From a virus: a DNA stretch of 64,000 bases. The position numbers and the translations under genes are program-made. The stretch covers positions 8,038 through 72,037 of the IMG/VR virus record IMGVR_UViG_3300037470_001029. One strand, written 5' to 3'. The notes under the pieces were generated by a model that did no database searches, was not told the DNA's origin, and saw only the letters and a list, made by a program, of their open reading frames with translations. Shown here piece by piece: positions 56,061 to 64,000 of this stretch. Numbering within the stretch: the first letter of the stretch is position 1; the number at the start of each line of letters is the position of its first letter.

Positions 56061-57616
56061 GCACAGCCAAGGAGACGGCCAGGCAGCGCCGCGCGCGGCT
56101 CGCGCATGCGTACCAGACGGAGCGCGAGACCTGGGGAATCGCGGAGTCCGTGAGGCGCGCCGCGGCCGCACTCGGCGAGTCGGAGCAGGAACTCCGCAAG
56201 GCCATAGGCCTGGACGAAGCGGGCCACTACAAGGGGGCAGTCAAATGAGCTTCACCGCATCCGACGAGCGCCGCCTGCTGGCCCTGCAGGAGCGCAAGGC
56301 AAAGGCCGACGCAGAGAAGCGCGGCCGCGTCGAGCAGGTCATCGGCGAATTCTTTTTCTCCGGCTGCCGCGAAGACGATATAGTGCGCGGGCTGGTGGAA
56401 GATGCCGACGCGGTTGTCGAGGCGCTGGCGCCGTTCTGCAAGAAGTTCGAAGTGCACAGGACAAGGAGAAAACCATGAGCGAGAAGATCTACTGCGTAGG
56501 CTCGGACCTGCTTGGCAGGCTGCAGGCCGCGCTGAAAATCGCGGTATTCTGCGTCGGCCAAGAGGAGGCAAAGAAGACCTGCATCAAGGCATCGAAAGAG
56601 CTGGATGCCCTGCTGCCCGCGGCCCACGCGACCGCCGCGGACTTCGCCTTCAACACGGGCGGCAACGAGATGGTCGACAGGCTCACGCTCGACGACGGCA
56701 AGATCCTCGAGATCTCGGAAGAGTGCGTGGTGCTCTTCCCGGGAGAGGGCTCGCTTAACGCGGACCCGGAAGAGGTGCAGGATTTTCCCGGCTTCCCGCG
56801 CGGAGAGCCAAAGTGAAGGGGCGCCTCGAGACCGCCTGCAAGATGGCGGAGAACCTCCTGCAGGCCTTGCAGGCCGTGGAGCGCGACCTGCCGCCGAGCC
56901 CGGCGCTGGACTTCGCGCAGCAGGCTCGCTCGCACGCCGAGTCCTGCCTGGAGGCGACCGGCGACGCTCTGTCTGTGCTCTTGAAAGGAGGAAGGAAATG
57001 AAAGCGATAACCGTGACGCCATACGACGGCTGCCCTGCCAATCCGGCGGGCGACTCGCCCATCGTCGTCTTGGTCGAGGACAAGGACGCGGAGCGCCTCA
57101 AGGGGATCATCGAGGTGGCGGCAGAGGAGTATGCCTCGGTGGAGATCAACGATTTTCCTAAAGCGGGGGACAAATGAGCAAGCGGAGCGTGGAAGCGTTC
57201 GCCAGATGCGGCTGGACGAAGGAGGACGAGCATGACCTCGCTCGCCTTGAGGAGAAGCGCCGCGCCTGGCAGCGCCGCGCGGCGGCCGCGGAGGTCGAGC
57301 GCAAGGCCAACGAACTCTACGCGGCGATCGCCGAACTGGAGAAGCTCTGCGACGGCGCGAGGCTCGGCTGGTCGGAGAACGTCAGGCGCGCTCTGGTCGG
57401 GCTCTCCGCCGAGGCCGGCAAGGAGGCCCGATCATGAAGCTGCGCTCGCTACAGCTCGATCTGATGGACGGCGACACGCTCATCCAGGTGGTACGCCACG
57501 GAGACGGAACTATCGAGGCCTGCGGAGTATTCACGCCCATCAGCCGGAAGCAGGAGCGCACTGCGAAGCGCTTCTTTGAAGTAATCGAAACGGAAGCCAA
57601 GAGGCAGTCGACATGA
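56057..57616 (+). CDS. Seven small coupled hypothetical genes (56057-56248, 56245-56478, 56475-56816, 56813-57001, 56998-57177, 57174-57437, 57434-57616)
   Basis: Unbroken chain of ATGA/GTGA overlaps. Confidence 0.55.
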
Positions 57617-58566
57617 AGCAGGCCTACATAGAGAAGCGCTTCTCGCCGGCGATCGCCGCTCTGCTGGCGCAGGCCAACCTGATCGTGGAGGAGTATGTGG
57701 AGCAGGGCTACCGCCTCACGGTGCGGCAGCTCTACTACCAGCTCGTCGCCCGCGGGTTCATAGAGAACAACATGGCATCCTACACGCGCGTCTGCACCAC
57801 GCTGAACGATGGCCGCATGGCGGGCCACGTAGACTGGGACGCTATCGAAGACCGCACCCGCGAGCTGGTCACGCCCGCGCGGTGGGAGTCGGCCGGCAGC
57901 ATGCTCGAGGCGTGCGCCGAGCAGTTCCACGTAGACATGTGGGAGGGCCAGGCGGTGCGGCCGTTCGTCGTCGTCGAGAAGGAGGCCCTGGCCGGCGTCA
58001 TGGCGCGGGTCTGCGACAAGTGGGACCTGCCGCTGCTGGCGGCGCGTGGCTACCCCTCGATCTCGGTGCTGAGGGAGTTCGCCGTCGGTCCGATCAGCAA
58101 GGCCATCATGGCCGAGCAGAAGGTTCTCCTGCTGCACTTCGGCGACCACGACCCGAGCGGCATCGACATGACGCGCGACCTCACCGAGAGGCTCCAGCTT
58201 TTTACCATCCACGACGTCGTGCGGAAGGCGCGCCGCCACCGGCGCGACCTGAACGATGCCGACAAGGCAACGGAGTGGTTCCTCTCCAAGTTCGAACTCC
58301 AGCGGGTGGCGCTCAACATGGACCAGGTCGAGGAGTATAATCCTCCGCCCAACCCGGCCAAGGCGACCGACTCGCGCTTCGCCGACTACCAGGCGAAGCA
58401 CGGCGACGAGAGCTGGGAGCTCGACGCGCTGGAGCCCGCCCTGCTCAACCGGCTCGTCGAGGACATCGTCGAGCCGCTCGTCGACCAGGATGCGTGGGAC
58501 GAGCGCCTGGCGGCGAAGGAGGAGGGCAAGGACTATATCGCGAAGGCAGCGGAGGAAGCTCCGTGA
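57613..58566 (+). CDS. wHTH-Toprim protein (topoisomerase VI A / Spo11-like fold)
   Basis: LTVRQLYYQL, VEKEAL, ARGYPS, FGDHDPSGIDM, WELDAL. Confidence 0.75.
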   Translation: MKQAYIEKRFSPAIAALLAQANLIVEEYVEQGYRLTVRQLYYQLVARGFIENNMASYTRVCTTLNDGRMAGHVDWDAIEDRTRELVTPARWESAGSMLEACAEQFHVDMWEGQAVRPFVVVEKEALAGVMARVCDKWDLPLLAARGYPSISVLREFAVGPISKAIMAEQKVLLLHFGDHDPSGIDMTRDLTERLQLFTIHDVVRKARRHRRDLNDADKATEWFLSKFELQRVALNMDQVEEYNPPPNPAKATDSRFADYQAKHGDESWELDALEPALLNRLVEDIVEPLVDQDAWDERLAAKEEGKDYIAKAAEEAP

Positions 58567-59126
58567 AGATCTTCATGACCAACTACCTGGCGCAGGCGGC
58601 CGCGGCCGAAGAGTGGCTGCGCAAGCGCGAGCCTTGCCCGAAGTGCGAATCCCCTGAATTCTGCCTGCGGAACCAGGTCTGCTGCCCTCCGGCATCTGCG
58701 AGCGCGGGTACAGGGCGGGAGGACAAAAGGCCTAATTAGGAACGTTGCCACGGCCGCAGGTATACGTGCCATAATCGCAGCCGCGGCACCCATCAATTAG
58801 AATAGGAGAAAGAAATGAAGAGGCAGAGCAGCGGCGCGCAGGCGACCGCGTGGAAGGGCAAGCTGACCTACCAGGTTTTTTCGCACGTCACGGCGATAAG
58901 CGTCAATTCCTCTGGAGAGATCACCCGCGAAGAGGCGCACGTCGGCGAGGGCAAGACGCAGGGGCTCGCGCTCCTGCAGCCGCCCAGGATCCGCGCCATC
59001 GTCTTCCAGGATCCGTTCAGGGCGCTGGGCATGCTCGCCGCCGGCACCTACGACCTCGGCTACACGAGGCAGCAGCGAGCCGCGCTCAGGCGGCACCTGC
59101 TCGCCGAAGTGCGGAGGTTCAAATGA
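58563..59126 (+). CDS. Two hypothetical genes (58563-58739, 58815-59126)
   Basis: RBSs present; GTGA overlap. Confidence 0.5.
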
Positions 59127-59449
59127 GGATGTGGATGGTAGACCCTAGTGAGATGTGCAGGCAGCACCTGCTGGGCGAGCACGTGGAGCTGCACATGATC
59201 GTGGGCAGCGCGCTCCGCGGCAGGAGCCTGGCCGGGTTTGTCGCCGGCGGCCTGATCGAGACCGGAAGCCTGCGCGAGAGGCACGAGGATCTCTCCGCCG
59301 AGATGGGGCGCCGCGGGTACTCGCACAGGTCCCCGCTGCCGGCCGTCTCCCTCGAGCCCGCGGGCAGCGTGCCGCGCGTCGCCGCCCGCGCCGAGCTGGC
59401 GCGCCGCTGCCCGGCCTGCAGACTTCTGCAGTCAGGGGGAAAAGCATGA
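59123..59449 (+). CDS. Pyrimidine-dimer DNA glycosylase (DenV-like family)
   Basis: MRMWMVDPSEMCRQHLLGEHVELH...RHEDLSAEMGRRGYSHRSP. Confidence 0.75.
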   Translation: MRMWMVDPSEMCRQHLLGEHVELHMIVGSALRGRSLAGFVAGGLIETGSLRERHEDLSAEMGRRGYSHRSPLPAVSLEPAGSVPRVAARAELARRCPACRLLQSGGKA

Positions 59450-59763
59450 GCGCGCCCACAATGGAGCAGAGGTTCTGCGCGGCGCTCGAGGCGCGCGGGG
59501 AGGCGCTGGTCAGGACCGGCAAGTATCGCGTCTACAGCAGGACGAAGGGCATGCCGCTGAGCGCGCGGCCGACCTTCTACTACGTCGGCGCCAGCGGCGG
59601 GCTGCGCATTGGATTTGCCGCCGTCGGCTCGCTGCCGGCGAACCGCAAGTTCAAGGATGTTCTGCTGGCGGAGGGATCCGAGGAGCTTGGGCGCCGGGCG
59701 CAGGCCGCAAGGGATTCCAAGGCAAGCGCGCGAGCAGCGCAGAAGGAAGACGCAACGCGGTGA
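59446..59763 (+). CDS. Hypothetical protein
   Basis: ATGA overlap; FYYVGASGGLRIG. Confidence 0.5.
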   Translation: MSAPTMEQRFCAALEARGEALVRTGKYRVYSRTKGMPLSARPTFYYVGASGGLRIGFAAVGSLPANRKFKDVLLAEGSEELGRRAQAARDSKASARAAQKEDATR

Positions 59764-59837
59764 CAGCGCCCCCCGGGCCTTCTCAAGAGGGCCCGGGAGG
59801 CGGGCAATACCGCCCGCATCACAAAGGAGAAGCTAGC

Positions 59838-60158
59838 ATGGCTGCGAAGAAGAAGAAGTCGGTGAAGAAGTCCCCGGCGGCGAGCAAGCGTCGCTCGCCG
59901 GCGTCGAAGGCCGAGCGCAAGGACGCGCTCCTGCAGGCGTCGAAGGATGCGCTCGCGGCCGCGAAGCGCGGCGCGAAGCCGGAGACCGTCGGCGCGCTCG
60001 TCGTGGGCCGCATCCTGGAGGGCAAGATGGCCACGGCCGAGATCGCCAAGGACGTCAGCAAGCGCTGCAAGAGCGACACCACGCCTGCCGTCGTCTACTG
60101 GTACCGCGGCCACCTGAAAGGCCTCGGCGTCAAGCTGCCGGAACGCGCGGCGGCCTAG
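59838..60158 (+). CDS. Lys-rich HTH-like protein, paralogue 3
   Basis: VGALVVGRILEGKMATAEIAKDV...TTPAVVYWYRGHLK; AAAGGAG RBS. Confidence 0.65.
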   Translation: MAAKKKKSVKKSPAASKRRSPASKAERKDALLQASKDALAAAKRGAKPETVGALVVGRILEGKMATAEIAKDVSKRCKSDTTPAVVYWYRGHLKGLGVKLPERAAA

Positions 60159-60255
60159 CGGGGAGAGGCTATTGAAGCGCGGCCTCCGCGGGCGCCCTCG
60201 GAAGAGGACCCCCGCGGGGCGACGTGCCCGACCGAAACAGAATAGGAGAAGGCAA

Positions 60256-60691
60256 ATGCAGAACGTGAACATGGAAGCGAAAGGCGACAAGCTGACGATC
60301 ACCGTCGACCTGAAGCAGGACCTCGGCAAGAGCAAGTCGGGGAAGTCCGTCAACATCGCGACGACCGGCGGCAACGTCGACGTTCCCGGAAAGCCGGGAG
60401 TCAAGATCGGCCTCAACATCTACCGCAAGGCGGACTGAGGTGGAGAGGCCGGGCCTGCTCCGCGCGCAGGTCGTCTACCGCCAGGGGGTCGTTAAAGATT
60501 TCCTGTGCTATGACGACCTGACGCTCGCCGAGTTCGTGCGCCGTGCCTCGGCCTTCGGAAAAGTGCGACTGCTGCGCTCCCTCAGACCCGTGCGAGACTT
60601 GCATGCGGAAATAGGGGGAGGGGCAGTCGCCTGGCTCAGGGCGGCAGACGAGAAGCAAACCCCACTGAATACTCCAAGGAGCGCAGAATGA
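60256..60691 (+). CDS. Two small genes (60256-60438 beta-rich basic protein; 60440-60691)
   Basis: ACAGAATAGGAG RBS; KLTITVDL...SKSGKSVNIATTGG. Confidence 0.55.
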
Positions 60692-61200
60692 ATTCAGTAC
60701 CCGCGGCAAACGAGAAGAACGGACCGGCGACGGGCAAGACCGACGGATCGGGAACGATAGGCGACGAGCTCGGCAAGGCGTCGACAGGAAATGTGACCAA
60801 GGATGGAGAGCCAGGCGCGCTCGCCGTGGTTCCAGCCGGCAAGGGCGCCGCCGGGAAGTCCAAGAAGGCGACCAAGAAAACCAAGGCCAAGAAGAAGCCT
60901 GCTGCGCCCAAGAAGCCCGCGATCTCCAAGAAGCCGAAGCCCGCCGCGGCCGCCGGGAAGGCCAAGCCAAAGGGCAAAAAGGCGAAACCCAAGAAGTTAC
61001 CCAAGAAGAAGGCGAAAGCCGCGAAGGGCAAGCAGCAGGGCATCGGCGCCTTCTGCGAGTCTCTGCTCAAGCAGAAGAAGAGCACGGACGAGATCCTCGC
61101 CGCCGTGCGGTCGAAGTTCCCCGACGCCAAGACCTCTCCGGCGTCCGTCGCCTGGTACCGCAACAAGATGCGCGAGGAGGGCACTCTCCCGAAGAGTTGA
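60688..61200 (+). CDS. Histone H1-like Lys/Ala/Pro-rich protein with an HTH-like domain, paralogue 4
   Basis: KKPAAPKKPA...KAKPK tract followed by GIGAFCESLL...FPDAKTSPASVAWYRNKM. Confidence 0.7.
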   Translation: MNSVPAANEKNGPATGKTDGSGTIGDELGKASTGNVTKDGEPGALAVVPAGKGAAGKSKKATKKTKAKKKPAAPKKPAISKKPKPAAAAGKAKPKGKKAKPKKLPKKKAKAAKGKQQGIGAFCESLLKQKKSTDEILAAVRSKFPDAKTSPASVAWYRNKMREEGTLPKS

Positions 61201-61237
61201 GCCCGGCAACACTTTCCGTCAGCATGGAGGGCGTAGA

Positions 61238-61270
61238 GGAGCGGGGCTAATATAGCCCGCTCCTGTATTC
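61238..61270 (+). terminator. Putative terminator hairpin
   Basis: GGAGCGGGGCTA-ATA-TAGCCCGCTCC followed by a weak T tract (TGTATTCT). Confidence 0.5.
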
Positions 61271-61296
61271 TGCGCTCTATATTTCGGGAGAAGAAA

Positions 61297-61839
61297 ATGG
61301 CAGCAAGGAAAAAGAAGGGCAAAAGCTTAAGGGAAGAATTGCGCATCAATACCCAGATCCGCGGTTTTCCTGGATCTTCAAGGCGCGGCAGGCTGTCGCG
61401 CGGCGCGATGATAGAGCGGGCCAAAAGCCTGAGGCAAGGCGAACTCGACGGCAGGCAAGCCGCGCGCCTGAAAGCCGCCCAGCTCGAGAAGCTCGGCACG
61501 CAGGAGATCCTCGACGAGCTGGTCAGGCGAGGAGGCGCCGCGGGAGAGACGGCGCGGGCGGCGCTGCTCAGCGTGAAGAAATCCCAGGACTACGACCTCG
61601 AGCGGCTCCGCGCCGACGGGCACAAGGACCGCGACGCCTACTTCCCCCTCGGGCTCGCCTCCTACGCCCAGATGGTGCACGTGAAGTCGCAGAGGCTGGT
61701 CTCGATGGCGGTCAAGACGCTGGCGGGCGCGGAGCCCAACTTCGAGTCCGCGCTCGACACCTGCCACGACCTGGTCAACTACGCCTCCTTCTGCGCCGAC
61801 TGGCTGCGCCGATCGGAAGACCAGAGGCCGCCGCTATGA
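61297..61839 (+). CDS. Nucleotide-modification-associated / DUF1599-like all-alpha pyrophosphatase
   Basis: KKSQDY...YFPLG...KSQRL...NFESALDTCHDLVNYASF. Confidence 0.65.
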   Translation: MAARKKKGKSLREELRINTQIRGFPGSSRRGRLSRGAMIERAKSLRQGELDGRQAARLKAAQLEKLGTQEILDELVRRGGAAGETARAALLSVKKSQDYDLERLRADGHKDRDAYFPLGLASYAQMVHVKSQRLVSMAVKTLAGAEPNFESALDTCHDLVNYASFCADWLRRSEDQRPPL

Positions 61840-62705
61840 AGCAGTGGCACGCGCTCATGCGCGAGGTGGCGATGTTCGGGGAGAAGCGCCGCCGCGAGCG
61901 CACCGGGGTCGGAACGCTGGCGCGCTTCGGCATGCGCGCCGAGTGGGACCTTCGCGACGGCTTCCCGGCCGTGACCACGAAGCGCCTGGCCTTCGCGCAG
62001 GTCGCGGCCGAGCTGGCCTGCTTCCTGCGCGGAGACCAGTGGCTCTCGGAGTTCAATGATGGCGGCTGCAAACTGTGGGACGGCAACGCGATGGCGCCCG
62101 CGTGGCTCGCAAAGCACCGCACCCACGACGAAGACGTCTGGCTCGGACGAATATACGGAGTGCAGTGGCGCGGCTGGAGGAGCTGGCGGGAAATCAGGCC
62201 GGGACTATCAGCCCAGAAGGAAACCGACCAGATAACCGCTTTGATGGAAGGCCTCGACAAGGATCCGCACGGCAGGCGGCACATCGTCACCGCGTGGAAC
62301 CCGGGAGAGCTCGAAGACATGTGCCTGCCGCCCTGCCCGATCCTGTGGCAGTGCTTCGCGTCCGACGAGGGCGGCGAGCGCTGGATCGACCTGCAGTTCT
62401 ACCAGCGCTCCGTCGACCTGTTCCTGGGCTTCCCCTTCGACGCGGCGCAGTTCGCCCTGCTGCTGCACCTGCTGGGCCGCGCGCTCGGGCGGAGGCCGCG
62501 GCGCCTCGTCGCCGCGCTGGGCGACGTGCACCTCTACCTTAACCACTTCGCGCAGGTGACGGAGGCCTTGCAGCGGCCGCCGCTAAAGCTCCCGTCCCTC
62601 TTGCTGTCCGAGGAGTGCTCCGGGCCGATAGGCTTCGAGGCGGGCGCGGCGTCTCTCGTCGGCTACGACAGCCATCCTGCGATCGCGGCCAGGCTCAACG
62701 TCTGA
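61836..62705 (+). CDS. thyA: Thymidylate synthase-family enzyme with Asp at the substrate-specificity position
   Basis: RTGVGT, FPAVTTK, IYGVQWR, RRHIVTAWNP, LPPC, YQRSVDLFLGFPFD, GDVHLYLNH. Confidence 0.85.
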   Translation: MKQWHALMREVAMFGEKRRRERTGVGTLARFGMRAEWDLRDGFPAVTTKRLAFAQVAAELACFLRGDQWLSEFNDGGCKLWDGNAMAPAWLAKHRTHDEDVWLGRIYGVQWRGWRSWREIRPGLSAQKETDQITALMEGLDKDPHGRRHIVTAWNPGELEDMCLPPCPILWQCFASDEGGERWIDLQFYQRSVDLFLGFPFDAAQFALLLHLLGRALGRRPRRLVAALGDVHLYLNHFAQVTEALQRPPLKLPSLLLSEECSGPIGFEAGAASLVGYDSHPAIAARLNV

Positions 62706-62719
62706 GAAGGAGGAACTAA

Positions 62720-63469
62720 ATGTACGTCTACCTTAGAAGCGAGCCAAACCTCTTCACCGTCGGGTTCTACGATCCCTCTGGCAAGTGGCACTCAGAGAGC
62801 GACTGCGGCAGCAGCGAGGAGGCCGCGGGCAGGGCCGCCTTCCTCAACGGGGCGCTGCCGCCGTCGATGCGCGGGCGGGCGGCGGGCGGGGGATTCGCAG
62901 ACGTCGAGGAGCTGTACGCCAAGTTCCCGACGCTGCCGCGGCGCCCGACGCCGGGACTGCTCGACGACTCCATCTTCGGCATGCGGTCGACCTTCATGCT
63001 GAGCGAGGTCCTCGAATACCAGGACGCGCACTGGCATGGCGACCTCGTCAAGGCTGCCGACTCGCTGATCGACCTGGTCTACGTCGTCTTCGGAACGGCG
63101 ATCGCCATGGGCATCCCGTGGGAGGCGTGCTGGGCGCACGTGCACCGCGCCAACATGGCCAAGGAGATCCTGCCGGACGCGTCGGGCGGCTACAAGCACA
63201 GCCTGGCGAAGCCGGAGGGCTGGCAGTCCCCGGACGATGCGATACGCAGGGAGCTCGCGAAGGCCGGGGCGCCGGCTCTCTGCAGGGTTTGGCAACCGGA
63301 ACGCGTGGAGCCGACCCTGCCAGACGGCTGGGTCATCAGGCACTACTCGGGGGAGGAGGGCGCGATAATCAAGGGGCCCGGCGTCTGCCAGGAGATCTCC
63401 GGAGACAGAGGAGACGCCGAGGCGCTGTTCTGGGCCATACACGCCGCGGCGCAGAGGGGCACCAAATGA
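62720..63469 (+). CDS. NTP pyrophosphohydrolase (PRA-PH/MazG-like) with extra N- and C-terminal modules
   Basis: SEVLEY...ADSLIDLVYV...GIPWEACWAHVHRANMAK...KPEGWQSP. Confidence 0.75.
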   Translation: MYVYLRSEPNLFTVGFYDPSGKWHSESDCGSSEEAAGRAAFLNGALPPSMRGRAAGGGFADVEELYAKFPTLPRRPTPGLLDDSIFGMRSTFMLSEVLEYQDAHWHGDLVKAADSLIDLVYVVFGTAIAMGIPWEACWAHVHRANMAKEILPDASGGYKHSLAKPEGWQSPDDAIRRELAKAGAPALCRVWQPERVEPTLPDGWVIRHYSGEEGAIIKGPGVCQEISGDRGDAEALFWAIHAAAQRGTK

Positions 63470-64000
63470 GGACCCCAAAAGTAGAGCTTCGGCCGTCGAT
63501 CGACGAGACCATGCTGGCGGTCGCGGCCGTCTTCGCGCTCCGCGGGACCTGCATCAAGAAGCAGGTCGGGTGCGTGCTGACCGACGAGCGCGGGCGCGTG
63601 CTCGCCGCCACCTGGAACGGGCCGGCGTCGGGAATGCCGCATTGCAACGAGGAAACGCTGGCAGGTGCCGGCTATCGGGTCGACCACGAGCACTCAAAAA
63701 AGATAGGGGAAACCGTCGAGAGGCCGACGCGCATGACGGTGGCCCATCCTCATGCCTGCAACGGCGGCGAGCCCTTCCCCAGCGGCGCCGACAAGTGCGA
63801 GGCCGTGCACGCCGAAATGAATGCCTTGCTCCAGTGCCGCGATCCCGACCGGATCCATACGGCCTACCTGACGATCCAGCCGTGCTTCCGGTGCGCGAAG
63901 ACGATGCTCAACACCGGCGCCAGGCGCCTGGTCTTCGGCGAGCTGTACGCGGACGAGCCCCAGGCCCTGGAGCTTTGGCAGCGCGCCGGCCGCGAGGCCT
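63466..64000 (+). CDS. dCMP deaminase (truncated by the window edge)
   Basis: Read manually: RGTCIKKQVGCVL...WNG...AVHAEMNALL...QPCFRCAK. Confidence 0.88.
   Translation, partial: MRTPKVELRPSIDETMLAVAAVFALRGTCIKKQVGCVLTDERGRVLAATWNGPASGMPHCNEETLAGAGYRVDHEHSKKIGETVERPTRMTVAHPHACNGGEPFPSGADKCEAVHAEMNALLQCRDPDRIHTAYLTIQPCFRCAKTMLNTGARRLVFGELYADEPQALELWQRAGREA

Noticed and set aside
222-63693. Many long antisense or alternative-frame ORFs in the track (e.g. 37257-39146 minus, 27007-28302 plus, 5' part of 32570-34411)
   Set aside because: These are expected shadows of high-GC coding sequence; they lack RBSs and motifs and overlap well-supported genes.
1-64000. tRNA genes, integrase/repressor module, alternative genetic code
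   Set aside because: No cloverleaf or recombinase motifs were seen by eye. TAA, TAG and TGA all end well-supported genes, so the helicase TAG is not explained by genome-wide stop reassignment.

Overview
This window is most of a high-GC, apparently lytic, long-tailed (siphovirus-type) bacteriophage genome. No integrase, tRNA or CRISPR array is visible. Positions 1-30854 (minus strand) hold the morphogenesis arm: TerS, TerL, portal, gpF-like minor head, scaffold, major capsid, decoration, head-tail connectors, tail tube, frameshifted tail chaperones, tape measure and tail tip. Positions 31378-52670 (plus) hold replication genes: primase-helicase, class II RNR, PolA, nucleases and an SNF2 helicase. 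After a divergent promoter pair near 53.5 kb come small early genes and a nucleotide-metabolism cluster. Five signals stand out. (1) Five tandem, otherwise unrelated Arg-rich genes between terS and terL, plus a sixth in the neck module, all start MAWS[DE]AAR[AR]AA; this is a candidate capsid-targeting tag for internal proteins. (2) Capsid, scaffold, decoration and tail-tube proteins carry N-terminal leaders ending in a shared [YWL][MLI]x[RW]xGxxL[GS] motif, and a membrane M48/M56-type metalloprotease gene sits where a prohead protease normally would. (3) The SNF2 helicase Walker A is broken by a 10-nt gap (GGC-TAG-TTGA-GGC) just downstream of a low-GC HNH gene, resembling a ribosomal-bypass/homing-endonuclease cassette. 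(4) A 1272-bp cassette splits the tail-tip gene and can be removed in frame. (5) A family of GGGAY-loop hairpins lies upstream of the head genes. All functional calls come from reading motifs by eye; no searches were run.
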